Source: Dudresnaya verticillata
Lineage: Eukaryota
Length of the DNA stretch: 64,000 nucleotides
Direction of reading: 5' to 3'
Assembly: GCA_977862235.1 (NCBI GenBank)
Contig: OZ374565.1
Span: 620,001 to 684,000 of the forward strand
The notes under the pieces: model-generated
Seen by the model: the letters and a program-made list of their open reading frames with translations, nothing else
Database searches by the model: none
Told to the model about the DNA's origin: nothing
Position numbers and translations under genes: made by a program
In this document: positions 1 to 13,030 of the stretch, piece after piece
Layout of the letters: every line of letters begins with the position of its first letter
Numbering within the stretch: the stretch's first letter is position 1

Positions 1-844
1 TCCCCGAGCTCCTCGACTTGACCAGGAATGAACGGGCGAGCAGGCAAGTTGCTCACGCCGAACTTGATCGCTCGGTAGATAAATTCCGAGCAACCGAGAT
101 CGCGCCATGCTTCAGCTCTCTTTTGAGTCTTTCTCCAAAGCGGGCGCGGATAACCAATGTCGACTACTGGTCCTTGGCGGCGCCACCCCTGCCTCCGGCA
201 CGCTTTTTTGCGTTGCTCGCGCTTAGGGTGGCTACCGCCTTCATCAATTGCGTAGCCATGTGAGATTCCAGTTTCTCCATTGGCTCTACAAGGTCATCCG
301 CAGCAGGCATGTCAGCTCTTGCTTCCAGGGTAGGCATGACCAGTTTGGCATATGTTGGGTCCTTGGACGCCAATTTGTAAAACTCGCACCGCAATCCGAC
401 AACTCTTAGAGAGTATCGGATGTACATGAGAGCCCACACGTGCAACTTGAGAGCCTCGTCGTCCTGCCTCTCTTGCAAAGCTTCCTGATGTAGCGCTGTT
501 GCAGCCTCGTGGAAGGACATCCAATAACCCTACGCGTTGATGTAGTTCGCTTCGTACTCGGCGACGGGGCGTAGACTATTATGCTTTTCCATATGCTTGC
601 GGATGGGCTACTCTCGGTGCTCGAAGAAGCCACCATTGAAGGCATTCACCGAGGGGCCTTGCTCATAAGGATACCGGCTCAGTCCGAAGTCCTTGTCGTC
701 ACGGCATCGGCGAGCAATCTTGGCATTGGCCGTCATCCATGTCGGGTCAATCTCGGCGTCTGCAAGGGTCATTCCAGCAGCAACCTTCTTGGCCTTCACG
801 ATCAACGCGCTGAGTGCCGCGAGACTGGTGTCAAAGATGCCCAT
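1..844 (-). pseudogene. Degenerate DIRS/Ngaro-like retrotransposon 5' part (gag-like ORF plus start of RT)
   Basis: ORFs 608-844 and 164-520 share one frame broken by stops. They are followed by FGERL/(frameshift)KRAEAWRDLGCSEFIYRAIKFGV, resembling the GxRL..W.......I...I..G start of DIRS-type RT ORFs. Runs off the window. Confidence 0.4.
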
Positions 845-1511
845 CGTGACAATATAAAGGGTTCGGGGTAGCTCGCTACCCTCTTAGCCGTCTTCGTATG
901 GCTCTCTTGAAACAAGCCTACCGCCAGAGATTCTGGGGACTCTCTTGAAAAGAGAAAGGCACACCCGGGAGACTCTGTCGACCTGGTGGGTGCACTCTCG
1001 TCTCAAGTAGAGACTCGATGCGGCGGCGGCGATGGCGAGCTGATCCATTCCGTACAGCCTGTGATCCAGACCGGATGACCCGAATCCGGATTTTAATGGA
1101 TCACAGCATCGTACGAGGCGAGACGTGGACACGCATGCACACCCTTGCTATGCATTGTCATTTCGTTTCATGCGCATAAAGAGGCTCTACACCACATGTA
1201 AAATGCGTTACGTTGCATCTTTCCATGTCGTCTCACTGTCGAAAATCACGACAACACGCCTGTATCCGTGCTTAACGGTAATGCCGCGGAGGACAACTCC
1301 CTGCGCTGTGCGCTGTGCGCAGGGAAATTCGACCTGCGAGAACGTTTCTGCTTCACATGGGCGCCTGCTCTAAATCCGGCGCGGGGTCAGCAACGATAGC
1401 CTCGGCGCAAACAGGAAGAACTGGCGGCAGAGTGGATGGCGCGCGGCATGGTGCACGAGCTGCACGCACAAATCTGGCGACGAGCGTCGGCAGGCGGCGG
1501 ACGAGCCCCGG

Positions 1512-1845
1512 ATAGGTTTTCATAGAACGGCCCGGCAGAAATGTAAAAACTAATATCAATATTGACGAATAGGTTTTCACGGCGCGCGAGATCGAATATC
1601 TGTTTAATAGGTATTTCTACACTGAATCTGGAAATACATATATAGATATTTTCCAAATCACTCTCACAAAACCTATTCTAATAGGTTTTGCTGTCGGCGC
1701 GTCAGAAATAACTTTATAGGTATTTGTCAGCACACAATCAGAATACCTATTAGAAAGGTATTTGCGTCGCCGGGTCGAGAAAACGTAAAAACCAATATCG
1801 ATATTGCCGGATAGCTGCTGGCGGCTCGCATTCGCAGAAACCTAT
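1512..1845. repeat. Interspaced inverted-repeat array A: eight ~35-bp units ATAGGTWTT-N17-AAWACCTAT
   Basis: Left arms start at 1512, 1569, 1607, 1642, 1681, 1716, 1754, 1811 (spacing 57-38-35-39-35-38-57). Cores are unique. AATATC.ATATT palindromes lie in the two long gaps. Confidence 0.85.
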
Positions 1846-2299
1846 CCGCCCATCTCGGAACCTCACCCCCCCATCGCTGCAGACACGCGGCCGCGCGGTC
1901 GGTATGCCACACATCAGAATAGCTGCTGCTGCATCCCTGCCCAAAACGTCCCCCTGCGCATCACACCCACACCCCTAGCTGCCTGTACCGCGCTGAGCAT
2001 GCTGCAGCCGCAGCGCCGCGTCGACGTCCGCCTGTTGCGGTCAAGGTCTGCCGCGTCTGCCGCCGCGCTGAACGCGCTTGGTCGCGCACAGGAGCGTAAT
2101 ACACTCCCACCGTTACTCTGCACCAAGCCGTTTGTAGGGGGTATCGCCCATGCTGCATGCCCTCGGTGCGGGCGGCGTGGCCGGTTCGAGAAGGTTTTTG
2201 TGCAGAGGGGGTGCGGGCCCACACTTTAGTAAGTTACTCAGTGCAATGGGGCACTGATCGGGAAATGAGGTAGCGCTTGTATTTGCATATGTGGTGATT

Positions 2300-3000
2300 G
2301 TTCCAACGTGGGCTGCAGGGTGGTCAGTTGTGGGAGAATGATGCTATGATGGAGATCTCCAGGAATAATCTGGTGCATTAGTGGGAGTGAAGTGGCCTGG
2401 TTGTCTTTTGCTGTCAAAATCAGCAAGTTACCCTTCAGGGAAGTACGCTGTGGCAGTGAGCAAGTAGGGGTTGGGCGCTCGGAACATGTTGCCGTTCATG
2501 GCGCTTTACATGACAACAGCTGATGAGGACTCGAAACGTATGGCAGGAGAAACTCAACACAGCGCTGAGAGAAATTGTCGCTTGTTGTGCTTCCTTCGCC
2601 GATTTGAACGAGCTGTGCATATGAGCTATGGGCATTCTGACGGGTAGCCAAAGCGTAATGAAGCAGAACCAACGCAAGTTTCCCATTAGTATAAGATATC
2701 TTATGAGCGTCCCCGTGGCCGTGCGAATGTGCAGAAATCTATTTGGCGAGGTCACGGAGCCAACCACTAGATTTGCGAGAGGCAATCCAGGCTATTCAAA
2801 CAACAGGCTCCTGATTGAGTCGTTGGGCGAGGTGGCGAAGCGAGCGCTGAAGGTGGGCTAGGCCATTTTTGAGGAGCAGCAAGCGTGTGCACATTGCTTG
2901 TTTTGGATTGGACTGGCATGACTTGCAGTAAGTCGCGGCCTGCATACTGCTCCAAGTCTAAGCAAAAGGCCGACCGATTGGAGGCTAAATCAAGCTATAA
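2300..3000 (-). pseudogene. Highly degraded Copia-like integrase fragment inserted downstream of transposase copy 1
   Basis: Residual RSLRHLAQRLNQEPVV and HSSFKSAK motifs among many stops. The array-to-gene distance is ~2.1 kb longer than in copy 2. Confidence 0.3.
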
Positions 3001-4403
3001 GCAAGCGGCCAAGCAGCGCAGCGATTCCTGAAGCGAGACGAGAGTGGACAATGAGTAAATAAGTCTTGAAACCGGGATCAGAACGGTACGGTTTTGCTCG
3101 AGGAGACTCTGTACATGCGCTTCCTTCGGTTGCTTGGGTCGTGATATTCCTGTCATTATTTGGTACACAGCATCTATCCAGCGGAAGGTACTGCAGTAGA
3201 AGAGCGAGTTGGCACATGTACTCCTTCTCTGAAGATTTTCAAGGCGCAGCTGTACAAGTGAAGAGATTGGGTGCGCCTTACAACCTTGGGGTTTTGGAAT
3301 AGGCGCCCAGACAGGAGGGTGTTGTGAGCATTGGTGTCCACATGGTTCGATCTGTACTGGACTGGCGGTATGTCTCGTGGCAATAACGTCACGCTGTCGT
3401 TTGCGCGGTTGTCGCCGATGGAGAGTTGCACCGAAGGGCTGTAACGACACGTGTCTTTCGCGCCGGTCAACGCATGGGCTCGGAAGACGCGGTCATGTGC
3501 AGCCGTGCTACGGCGCGGGGGCGTGCTCGAAACAGCAAGCCGAAACGCACAACTGCATCACTGAGTAGCTTTCACTGTTCCCCACTTCCGCTGATTGGGA
3601 CGTGTTTCTGGGGTGAACGTGCCTGCTATACCTAGTGTCATGCTTCTCGTCTCAAGATGGGCTCCTGTCGATCACGGATATATACGGCTGGCTGAAGACG
3701 AAATTGGTTGGCCGGCAACCGCACTTCACCGAATTCAACACAGGGATCGAGGGGCATTTCATAATTAGTCTCTACATGCTGCGGTTCAACCGCATCAACT
3801 TGATTACTTTTGTAACTGCGAATTGAACGGGTTCCCAGTCTGAAACCGGATGCCCAAAACTTCTATCTCGAAGGAATCGGGGCAGCTGCGAGTACTGCAA
3901 CTAAAAGGCGAGGGCACGAAGGCAGTGTGATAACATGGGAATATTGAAGGAGGAAGCTATAAACAACGGTAACGGTTTACTGGACCCCGCAGCGTTTGTC
4001 ATGACTCAAGCGTATATTACATGAATAGCTATCGCGTTCTCCAGAAAATATGAAAGCGTCCTTGAAGAATTCAGCATAAAGGTCAAGGGCCATTTCATAG
4101 TTGGACAGCGAGGCAGAATGCATACATTACGCAAGGGAGTGAGAAAAACTGGAGGCTGTCTACTTCACTCCGCTGCGTCATGCATAACTTGAGCGGATAT
4201 GCAGGGCATCCAAATCGAAAGTAGTCGTGGCAGTGTGGTAAGGTATGACAAATCAAGGACAATCAGCGTTACTTTATGGCAGCGTTAAGTTATGCCGCAT
4301 CAAGGGAATTCAGTGTAGGTATTGTGTGATTAGCATTCCGAGGTTCACAACAATTCCCTTCTCCTTAAATCCAGGGGCGTTAAGGCTTTGATGGACTATC
4401 GTG

Positions 4404-7400
4404 TTACGACTTCTGGAGGGCGTCTCGTATTTTCTTCTTAACTGCTTGGGGCAGGCATTTATTAGACAGCTTCTCAAACTCAACGAGGACAGACGCGGCA
4501 TCCACATCGTCCGTCCATGCCTTCTTGGTTCTGGCGTAGACGGAAGGGCGATATTTACCGTCCCACGTGTCCTGCCCTGAACGAACCTCATACCACCTGA
4601 TTGACAGGGTCCAGACGACACCCGCGCTATCCTTCTTCCAGCCCTGTACCTGCGCGATCCAGAAAGGCACATTATTGTCCCTAATGTTCAGTACCACGAA
4701 ACGGTTGACACCATACGTCAAGTCAGCACGCTGAGTCTCATGCTCACCGTCATCCTGCTCGTCGGCGTCTCTATCTGCATCCTCCCACAGTTCACCATCG
4801 CTTTCCACAACTTGCACCGACTTTCTATATACACCCTTCTTCTCGAATACCTTTGTCAGGTCCCAATGCAGAGGCTCCTCGCGATCCGAGAAGACCTCAT
4901 CGCGAAAATTTTGTAACTCCTTTAGCTTCGCGGAGTCATTAATTCGTAGCTCCTCTGAGCGTAAGCGCTTGCTTACTTCGTCTTTGTCTGGAGGGGAGAT
5001 TATCGCAGTGGCAGGTGTCCCTTCCAGCCCGGGTGGGAATAGCAAGAAACGATGCTGAGGTTCTTTTGCTGTCAACGCCTTCCACGAATCCTTGCAACCC
5101 ACTCGTACCTCACACTTCCTCTTATAATAAGCTGCAGTACAGCTGGAGTCCCGTTCCGATCTGGAGAATTTGAAGTAGCGAGAGTGAGAGAAAGGCTGAA
5201 CACCACCAATGCATTGTTCCTGTTTGCATAGTCCTGACCAGTTTACGATGTGCCGCATGCGCGTTACTATCGGCTCGGGTGTGTATGACTGACGCAGCTA
5301 TTCCATCAAGTCCTGCATGGTTACAACGTCGTGAACCGAAGCCTCATGCAGGTGCAACTAAATGTTTGATCGATGTCGGCATGTGTGTGCCCGATTGGCA
5401 AGAAGGACATATGCACTTCAGTGAAAACCCCCCACGATACAAGCGACTCCACGTATGCGAGTAGGAAACTGTTTTTGTTCTCCCGTGTGCAGTTGTCTCC
5501 TTGCAGAAAGAGAGTGCCCGGCACCTCCCCTCTATCCAATTTGGTTGCTAACACGCGGTGCAACGCCTCAAGGATATGGTTTACACCGGAGTCGAACTCG
5601 GCAGTCATTGTTAGTAGCGACAATAGGTCTGCAGCAGCGCCGTGGTCCAGTACTCCTATTAACTTCGCTGCCAGCTCTTGACCAGTTGTGGTTTCGACCT
5701 GACATGGAAGTGTGGCAGACCATACACCGATTGATCTGCACCATCAATAATCATTGAGCACTATCGTGTCGGCGAGCGTTTCGCCATGTCGCATTTCTTC
5801 CGGTACCGATTCTTTCCTGCCTTAACATTTCTATATGCCGCTTGCGGCACTCTATCAATCCCTCTGCTGCCGTCTGGTCCGCACCCCCCGATGTCACGCG
5901 GGCAAGTTGGTCCCTCACAGTCTCGCACTCGGCACACTTCGCGAATCGGTGAGTTTTGCGCACATTCATTCTTGCGCAATGTGCAGTCCAAACAGTGTAA
6001 AATTAGCTCTGAGAGGGCGGTGTCTTTCCTCGGTACAATTTGGAAAGCTCACGCACAAAGACCTCGTACACGGCCTGCTTTTGAAAGAAGGGGAGATGGC
6101 GCTCGTTTCTGTCCGGCATTGCGTCAGATGTAGCTTCCGCTAACCTCTCTAAGAAACGCACAGTGAGTTCAAGAGAGTCTGTGGATGCATCTCGCGAGCT
6201 CTTTCCCGGGCCAGCCCGCCATCGGGCCTGTCTTGTACTTTTCGTTGACGACTGCAAGTCTCTCGAAAATCCAAATGCCCGTTCCAGAAACATGTAACAC
6301 ACTGGCCTGGAGTTGGAGAAGTACATATTAGAGTTGGGTTCCAACAGGCTTCGTAGATATGCCCGCCGCGCTGTTCCGTTCATTCCAATCGTACGCCTTA
6401 CGCCTCGCTTCCTCCTGAACATATGTGCTTTCAATTGTCGCAGAACATTGTTATGACTGACAACATAACCACGACGAGATGTTTGTGTTCTCAAGGTCCT
6501 CGAGCAGTTTCCGGTGCTTGTGGGCCATCAAAGGTGCAGTATGGTTGCCTCTCGGCCTGTTGTGATAGACGTAGTGTCGCTTCTGCCGAGTGTTCTGTTC
6601 TCCCATGTGGACGTCCTCCTCTTCCGGTCCTGGGCTAACAGCAGCATCTGGCTCCCCAGGAGGGCTGGGCACCGCGTTTTCCGCAACTGTTCGTTCTATT
6701 TCGGCACCCTCCGGTAAGTATGCTTCGTCCCCAAATGTTTCTGATTCCGAAGAATCCTTCGTACTCCTGTGCAATGCTGTACTGTCTTGCGGCTGACCTG
6801 GCCTGAGTCTACCGGCTATATTTGAAACCTCTGGTCGAGGTCGCCATGCCGGTCTGGTTCGAGGTGTGTATTGCAGAGGTGATGCGGTTAATACTGGCGA
6901 AGGAGCTGCTTGCGGGGAATCGACAGTCAGCCTCTTTCCTCTTCGGCGGCCCTTAAGCGGTGTTTTCACATGATATTCCTACCCGGGGAGACGGGTTGCG
7001 GGGAGAGGTGTGTCTGCTGCAGTACTGGAGCGGGCGGCAGTACGTTTGTTGCGCATCTGCGCCACATCCCAAACATGCATTCCTACCTCAAGACCGCGAC
7101 GAGTAGCAGGTAGATCTTCGACGACCTTGTAGGTGTAACGGTGCGGCTTAGAAGCAAACTCTTCTTTTATCTTCACCTTGTAAATGACCACCAATGTTTG
7201 CCCTTCCTCCTCGATCTCGTGCAGATAATGCCCATGTAGTCTAGTGCAATAGCACCATATGCTGTCCGCTGCACTAGGCTCTGGCGGGGCGAGCGGCTCA
7301 GCGGTTCCGACTATCAGCCCTTTGTCGAGCAACTGGACACGCCGTCGAGTAGGGGGAGTAACAATTTCCTTCCCATCATTACATTCACGCACTGTAGCTG

Positions 7401-7413
7401 AAGATGTCGACAT
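4404..7413 (-). pseudogene. DDD transposase (DUF7869/Sola-like), copy 1, multiply frameshifted
   Basis: ORF pieces 6979-7413, 6451-6969, 6003-6494, 5751-5969, 5321-5623 and 4404-5258 are colinear with the 911-aa ORF at 19196-21931. Motifs LQGDNCTRENKN, FLPIGHTHADIDQTFS, FAKCAECE. Confidence 0.85.
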
Positions 7414-7943
7414 TTTTGGTCCAGCTTGCCTTCCGTTGTCGTCTCCGCGTCGCGGAGATCTCCTCCCAGCTAATAAAACCGCCGGCAGTTATTGTTGACG
7501 AGACGAAGACAGGTTCCGGCGATGGTGGTACGTCTGGGAGATATCGCAAGGTGGCATGGAACCACCTGATTTGCCAGTCTGATTCTAAGGGGTTCTGATA
7601 TTTTCAGAACGAGATCACGAAAATGTACATGACCAGGCGCATACGACCCGATCGGAGCAAAGATGCTTGGAGCACGTCTCCTACACCACTCAGTGACAGT
7701 CAACATATGTCTACAAACTGGGCAGGAACAGAGAATATTGTAGTCACGGGTGGGGTGAAGTGGGAGTTTGCTCACTCGTGCCTGTGATGTGTAACGAAGC
7801 CATCTTTGCAGATTCCGTTGATATTTCATGCATGAAAACTAAACCAACGGTGCGCATGCTTCCTAGTGCCAGATGGTAGTTGCTAAACACGCTATTACCC
7901 GATGCCTTTCAGTTTCAACAGAGCATGTTATGAGGCAAACCGG

Positions 7944-7985
7944 ACTGGCTTTTATGGTGGCACTGGCTTTTATGGTGGCACTGGC
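7944..7985. repeat. 18-bp tandem repeat (~2.3 copies)
   Basis: actggcttttatggtggc x2 plus actggc. Confidence 0.9.
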
Positions 7986-8662
7986 CTTAAGGTTGGAAGG
8001 CAGCGACATGAGCAGAGATTCGGCTCGTCGCACGAAGCAGAAGAAGTTAACCCGCACAAACGAAGAAATACTACCGGCGGCTATAAGGGGCCATTTAGAT
8101 ATCTGTCTCGACGGAGAAAGCCCCTAATCACAACAACCTAGAAGTTTTGCTCCGTCGAATGAGGCTCGAAGAGAGGGACATAAGAGGAAGGCTCCAGTTA
8201 TCGTTTTCCATACTCGGTTCATATTCAAAACCTATTTGCACTGCATTGACTGTACAGTTGCTTCTTGCATACCATGACAATTTTGTTTGCTGTGTACGCC
8301 ATGGTGTAGAATCTTTGCAGCTTTTACGGGCGGTACGGCAGGTTTGCCGACCGGGCATGAAAGTAGCGGAACAGCAAGAAAACAGACCTGTTTAACCTCA
8401 ATTGAGGTATGCTTAATCGTTCTCCAATGGTAAGCCTAACAACCCACAAGTTTGTTTAGAAACTACAGCATTCATGGCAGGGTTGGGTGGCGGCCTACGT
8501 GCCTTAGTTCGATTTGTGACGTTTGCCAGTATGCTCGCTGCTAGCACAACTGGACCACAGGTGCTTCCCAAGACGCAAAACAAGAGGAACAGACTCGGCC
8601 TCAAAGGGATGACTACATACAATCTACAATCGGTGGGATATTCGTGCGCTCAGGGATGAGCA

Positions 8663-8738
8663 CTATGAACGCCTAGGAGATGAATACTGCAAGAAGCAGC
8701 GCTATGAACGCCTAGGAGATGAATACTGCAAGAAGCAG
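8663..8738. repeat. 39-bp tandem duplication
   Basis: ctatgaacgcctaggagatgaatactgcaagaagcag at 8663 and 8702. Confidence 0.9.
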
Positions 8739-8919
8739 TGCCACGAGCTGGAATTCCTGTGGACACTAGGAACATCTTAGAGACCGAGAGCAGTACCAAA
8801 ACCACGCATGCCTGTCAACGAGACCACATCATGAGCTGCATTGGGCCGACGAGTAGTTCCACAATGCTGCGGCTGCCTGTACTGGGTGATGACGGGCCCA
8901 TGGATGTAGCCTAGGTTAC

Positions 8920-9149
8920 CTCAAAATCCGAATTGAAAAAGCTCAGAAATTACAGCAAAATTAATTATTTCAGACCGGCTGCCGGGTTAGCACGCAAACG
9001 GACATAACTCGCGAACTACTGCTTAGTTTTCTATTCCGTTTGCACCAGCGTGCTCAGGCGACTCTGCCGTTTTCAACGCACGTACGTTCCAAGCGTTTCT
9101 ATTTCAGTCTATTTCGGAAGTACATTCTGTAACGCAGTAAACCAGTGTT
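8920..9149. repeat. Diverged right TIR of transposon copy 1
   Basis: Shares ordered motifs with 27840-27986: cataact..gaac, ttgcacca, gcg.ctct, aagta.attctg and terminal cagtgtt. Confidence 0.7.
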
Positions 9150-9333
9150 AGTATTGGCTGGAAGACAGTCCCGCAGTGCTATCATGGCCCTCCTGCAATT
9201 GCCGGGAAGGCGACTACCCAGCTACCAAATATTAGCGACGCAAACGTTTACGAGAGGAACAAGTGAAAATTGGCAAGAGTGCCCAGCCCAGTAAATACAA
9301 AGGAAAAGCCGCTAGCTGCAAGCACAGCACACA

Positions 9334-10101
9334 AAAGAATAGCTGTTAGAATAGCTGCGCCACGTGTGCCACGCTGTGCGCATGCTGTCGGTCACTGGCG
9401 TCGAAGCCCCGATGGAGCTGTACGCAAGTGCCCTGTGGCGCCTACAAGTACGCGAGTGACACTAACACTCTTGTGAATTTTCTACGTTTACTTTCTCCGT
9501 GTACATTATAGTTTAATTTAAGCGTTGTTCGAACGTCTTACTGTCCCGCTTGCAGTTCCGCACACGCCTCGCGGACCAGCGCACTCCGACGTCGAGCCGC
9601 TGAGAGCGCGGCGGACCATTACGAAAGTGCGTGCCCCGGGTAGCCGTTACCGTACATGTCGACACGTGTCGGTGCGCGCCGGTGCAATGCCCGGGTTGGC
9701 GCCGCCGCGGACGCGTAGTTTTCTATGTATGAATAGTCTCTACTCATGGCACAGTAAAGAACAACAAGTACCGGCCTACCCTGGATCTTGCCCCTTTCTT
9801 CTTCGGGTTCGATGCCTAGTGCTTCGTCCACGGCTTACCCCTTCTCCACATCAATCTAGGCTTTCTATTTTCATTTCCCACTGTCTGCTTCGTGCTGCCC
9901 CAAGACGGGAACGCTCGGGTCTGGCCCCTACCGCCCGCGTACGGTACGCCCTGTGCGTGCTGAGGCTTCGATGCCGTCAGGTCCGGTACCGTCGACGACG
10001 CGGGCAGCCGATAACCCGCTCTACACCTAGCTTCATACCACCCATCGACTAGTTTAGAACCGGTACAGCTAGATGTCAGTTAGACCTGACTTCTATGCCA
10101 A
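9334..10101. mobile_element. LTR-family copy (inverted relative to the other four), eroded ends
   Basis: Reverse complement matches 34424-35228 and 39418-40246 (e.g. tttctacgttt...ttaagcg...tgtcccgc; terminal ctatgcca). Confidence 0.75.
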
Positions 10102-10199
10102 GACGAACAGGGCGTAAGCAAAGTGATGCTAAGAAATGCAAGATTGGGGAGGTACCGAGAGAGGTAAGAAACTAAAGCAAGGGAGCGTGTGTCTCTCGG

Positions 10200-11850
10200 G
10201 CATTGCACATGTTATTCATCCTCCAGACTAGCTCGAAGGACTTCTCCGACAACCAGAATATGTCCGTTATGGGCCCAACGCATCTCCCTAGTCCGAAGTC
10301 CGCAACACTGGCGCCTTACTTCGATTCAACAACCGACAAGTTCAATTGGAGACAGAAGGTTCGCTCTTGGCCGCGACTGATTCGAAAGAGAGCTAAAGCA
10401 GGCTGTACGAAGTCAAAAGCCCAAGTTGAAACTCTTCGGGATACTATTTAGGAATCTGCGGCGGATTCTACTCGTAAAAAACTCGATAGATCTATTGCGG
10501 GCTGCGCACTTGACCTAGAATCTGATAAAAGGGCCAATATGACTGCGGTTGGTGAAAAATAATCAAGATCATTTTGGATTATTCCCCTACCGAGCATATA
10601 CCCTGGTTGGTCAGAATGTCGAAAATGTCCGCAATTGCAAACAAGAGGACGGAGAAATATCAGCAAGCCAATTCACTCCGTTTCGAGGTCCTAGCGTCTG
10701 CGCATCTAAACCACTGCACCTCCGACGTTGTAATCCAGAACAGTCAGCTCTTTGAAATGATAATCCTCTAAATGATAGAATTTCTGACACCAATTTTGAC
10801 AACCTCATCTTATAACTCATAAATAACGCATAAATAAAGTCAACACAGTTGGCATTCGAAGTTGTTTCTGTCTCCAAGGAAAAGTTTATGGGATTCCCTA
10901 TCCACGTCGAGAAAATGTTGGAAGGCTTAGATACATGAGAAGAATAATTCTTGACTGCAGTACAAACGCATGCCGAAGATATTAAGGTGACCCCCCAGGT
11001 TTGCGCATTTTGAAACAAATTACAAGACGGGGAATAATCTCTAGCACGAATGCATTTATAGGATTCCATATTGTCCCTGAGGCATGCCAATGCCAACTTT
11101 GTGTTCGCCCATGCATCAACACCGCTCGACTCCTCCTTTATGGAGATGCGGAACGCACTGCAGCCTTCCGCTTTTACCCGAGGCAAGAGTCAGAAAACTT
11201 ATGTGCCCATTGGCCAAGGCACTAATGCTTGGAGTCGTTGCAAAGCATACAACAAATGTAGTCACTGGCTGCAACATAAGCCCGAACACGTGGCAAAATG
11301 GCCCAGCTCTAAGGATCCCTGCAAAGCACTCCACCTGCCTAGCACCCCGCATCAGCAAGCAAAAGCGGTAACACTAAAACTGTTATTTGTGCTTACAATA
11401 TTGGGAACGCAGCCCAAGGGAACACCATTATATACCCCTTGCGGAAGCTCTGGCTCGGTTTTTCGTCAGTAGGTTCATACCAGCTCCAACATGCCCCTAT
11501 CCCTATCCTTCAATCAGTAGCGCCAACCTCAAACCGCAGCATCAATAACGCGACCCATCTCCGCAAATATCTTGGCATCAGGCTCACTGCTGAGCAACTT
11601 AGATATATTTCTTCATGTGTGGGGTCAGGATTTCCTGAATGCGAAACTAATCAAATGTTCATGGACCCTGTCACCATTCCACATCAACCACCAACCGACG
11701 TCATTAAATATCTGTGACGATCCGCGCTTATAAAAAGTAAAGAGATCCGCACGGTAACGCTTCGCGAACGCAACCGCGCTCATACAGGAACAACGGCAAA
11801 ACCTCAGCGCTGCAATCGCGCGTCGCACGCCCGAGATCAGTTTATTGCCC
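10200..11850 (+). pseudogene. Degenerate Copia-like gag/protease region
   Basis: Broken ORFs (FNWRQKVRSWPRLIRKRAKAG; knuckle-like RCKAYNKCSHW) with many stops and frameshifts. Confidence 0.35.
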
Positions 11851-12759
11851 GCCACAATGGGATGGGGTTACGGACAGCCCACGGCCGTGCCACTCAGACT
11901 CGGGCATCGTGCCCCACAGTTCTTCATCTTTGGTCATGCTCCTATTCGGCGAAGCGATCTCTAGAGACCACCTTAGAAGGTAGTTGGTCTTGTTCTTTCT
12001 TTCGAGTCCAGTACTCCTCTTCTGGATGACGGTGCCGAGGTCTTCCCCTTGATCATGAGCCCGTTGCATCGCCTTCCACGCTTGTGGCGGATGGGACAGG
12101 GTGTCCCTTTCACTTTTCAGCGCTGAGCAACGGCTTAAAGTACTCGTCCGCACTGTTGACGAGGAGATGAGGTGGTAGCCGTCACAGTGCCCCACGGACC
12201 ACATTGCGACGAGGGGTGTGGTTTGGTTAAGGAAATGCCCGGCTCTGAATCGAATTGTCTCCAAGCTTGATGGAGAGTGTTTTGACCACTATGCAGCAGA
12301 CGATCAACAAATTATGCGAACGATGCTTCGCCTTTATGAAACGCACAGACCGATGCGCTGAGAAAACGTTTCCTAGTCAATGCCACCGTTTTCATGTCGC
12401 CATTACCGCTTGAAGCGCTTCATATAACTCCTCTTGAGCCCCATTCATACTAGCATCAATCCATTCCCCTCATTATGGAATTATCGGCGTAGAAATGCGA
12501 CGGATCTCTCACTGCACGCATTATTCGAACTCGAAGATATCAAATCTCGTTTTCCTCGCGTACTTTCCTCTTTCTTGTCAGCATAGTAGTCCTGGGTCCT
12601 TCCATTCTAAATATGAAAGACACTCGACCATGCCCACAGCCGCGTATACATAGTATACTAATATACCATTCATGGCGATTTCAAAGCTGCAAACGAGAGC
12701 GAGAAGATAGGAAGCGTCTGTAGCCCACCGCCCCATTATATGTCGCGCAGGCCATATGC

Positions 12760-13030
12760 AACACTGATTTTGGCCGCTTCAGAATCTACTTTTTCAAACA
12801 GAATGGAAAACGTACCCACTTTCTTACTTATATTCCCCAGGGGAGAGCGAGCTAAGAACAGTGGTGCAATCCGTTTGCTCTCAAGTCAAGCTGTGCCAAA
12901 GTTATGGCCATCCGACACCGATTATATGACCCTTGAAAAGTTTCGAATTACCCCCAAAACTTTCCGAAAATATTTTCCCATAAATTGCCGCACGCCCCAC
13001 GCACCCCGCGGGGCCGGGAAGACTTGCCCA
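12760..13030 (+). repeat. Left TIR
   Basis: aacactgattttggccgcttcagaatctactttttcaaacagaatggaaaacgtacccac...; high identity by eye to the reverse complement of 27715-27986, with patchy similarity continuing inward. Confidence 0.92.

Larger units (their letters stand above)
1512..9149 (-). mobile_element. Diverged, partial copy of the long-TIR DDD transposon family (left end not seen)
   Basis: Same order as 12760-27986: array, minus-strand transposase, then a TIR-like end terminating in CAGTGTT at 9149. Confidence 0.7.

Noticed and set aside
1619..1631. Core acactgaatctgg resembles the TIR start acactgattttgg
   Set aside because: 11/13 match only, not to its own element's end, and no equivalent in array B; likely chance.
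1512..1845. Calling the arrays CRISPR or TIGR
   Set aside because: Repeats are degenerate, cores only 16-17 nt, unit number appears fixed, and no cas or Nop-domain gene is visible; reported as an unclassified array instead.
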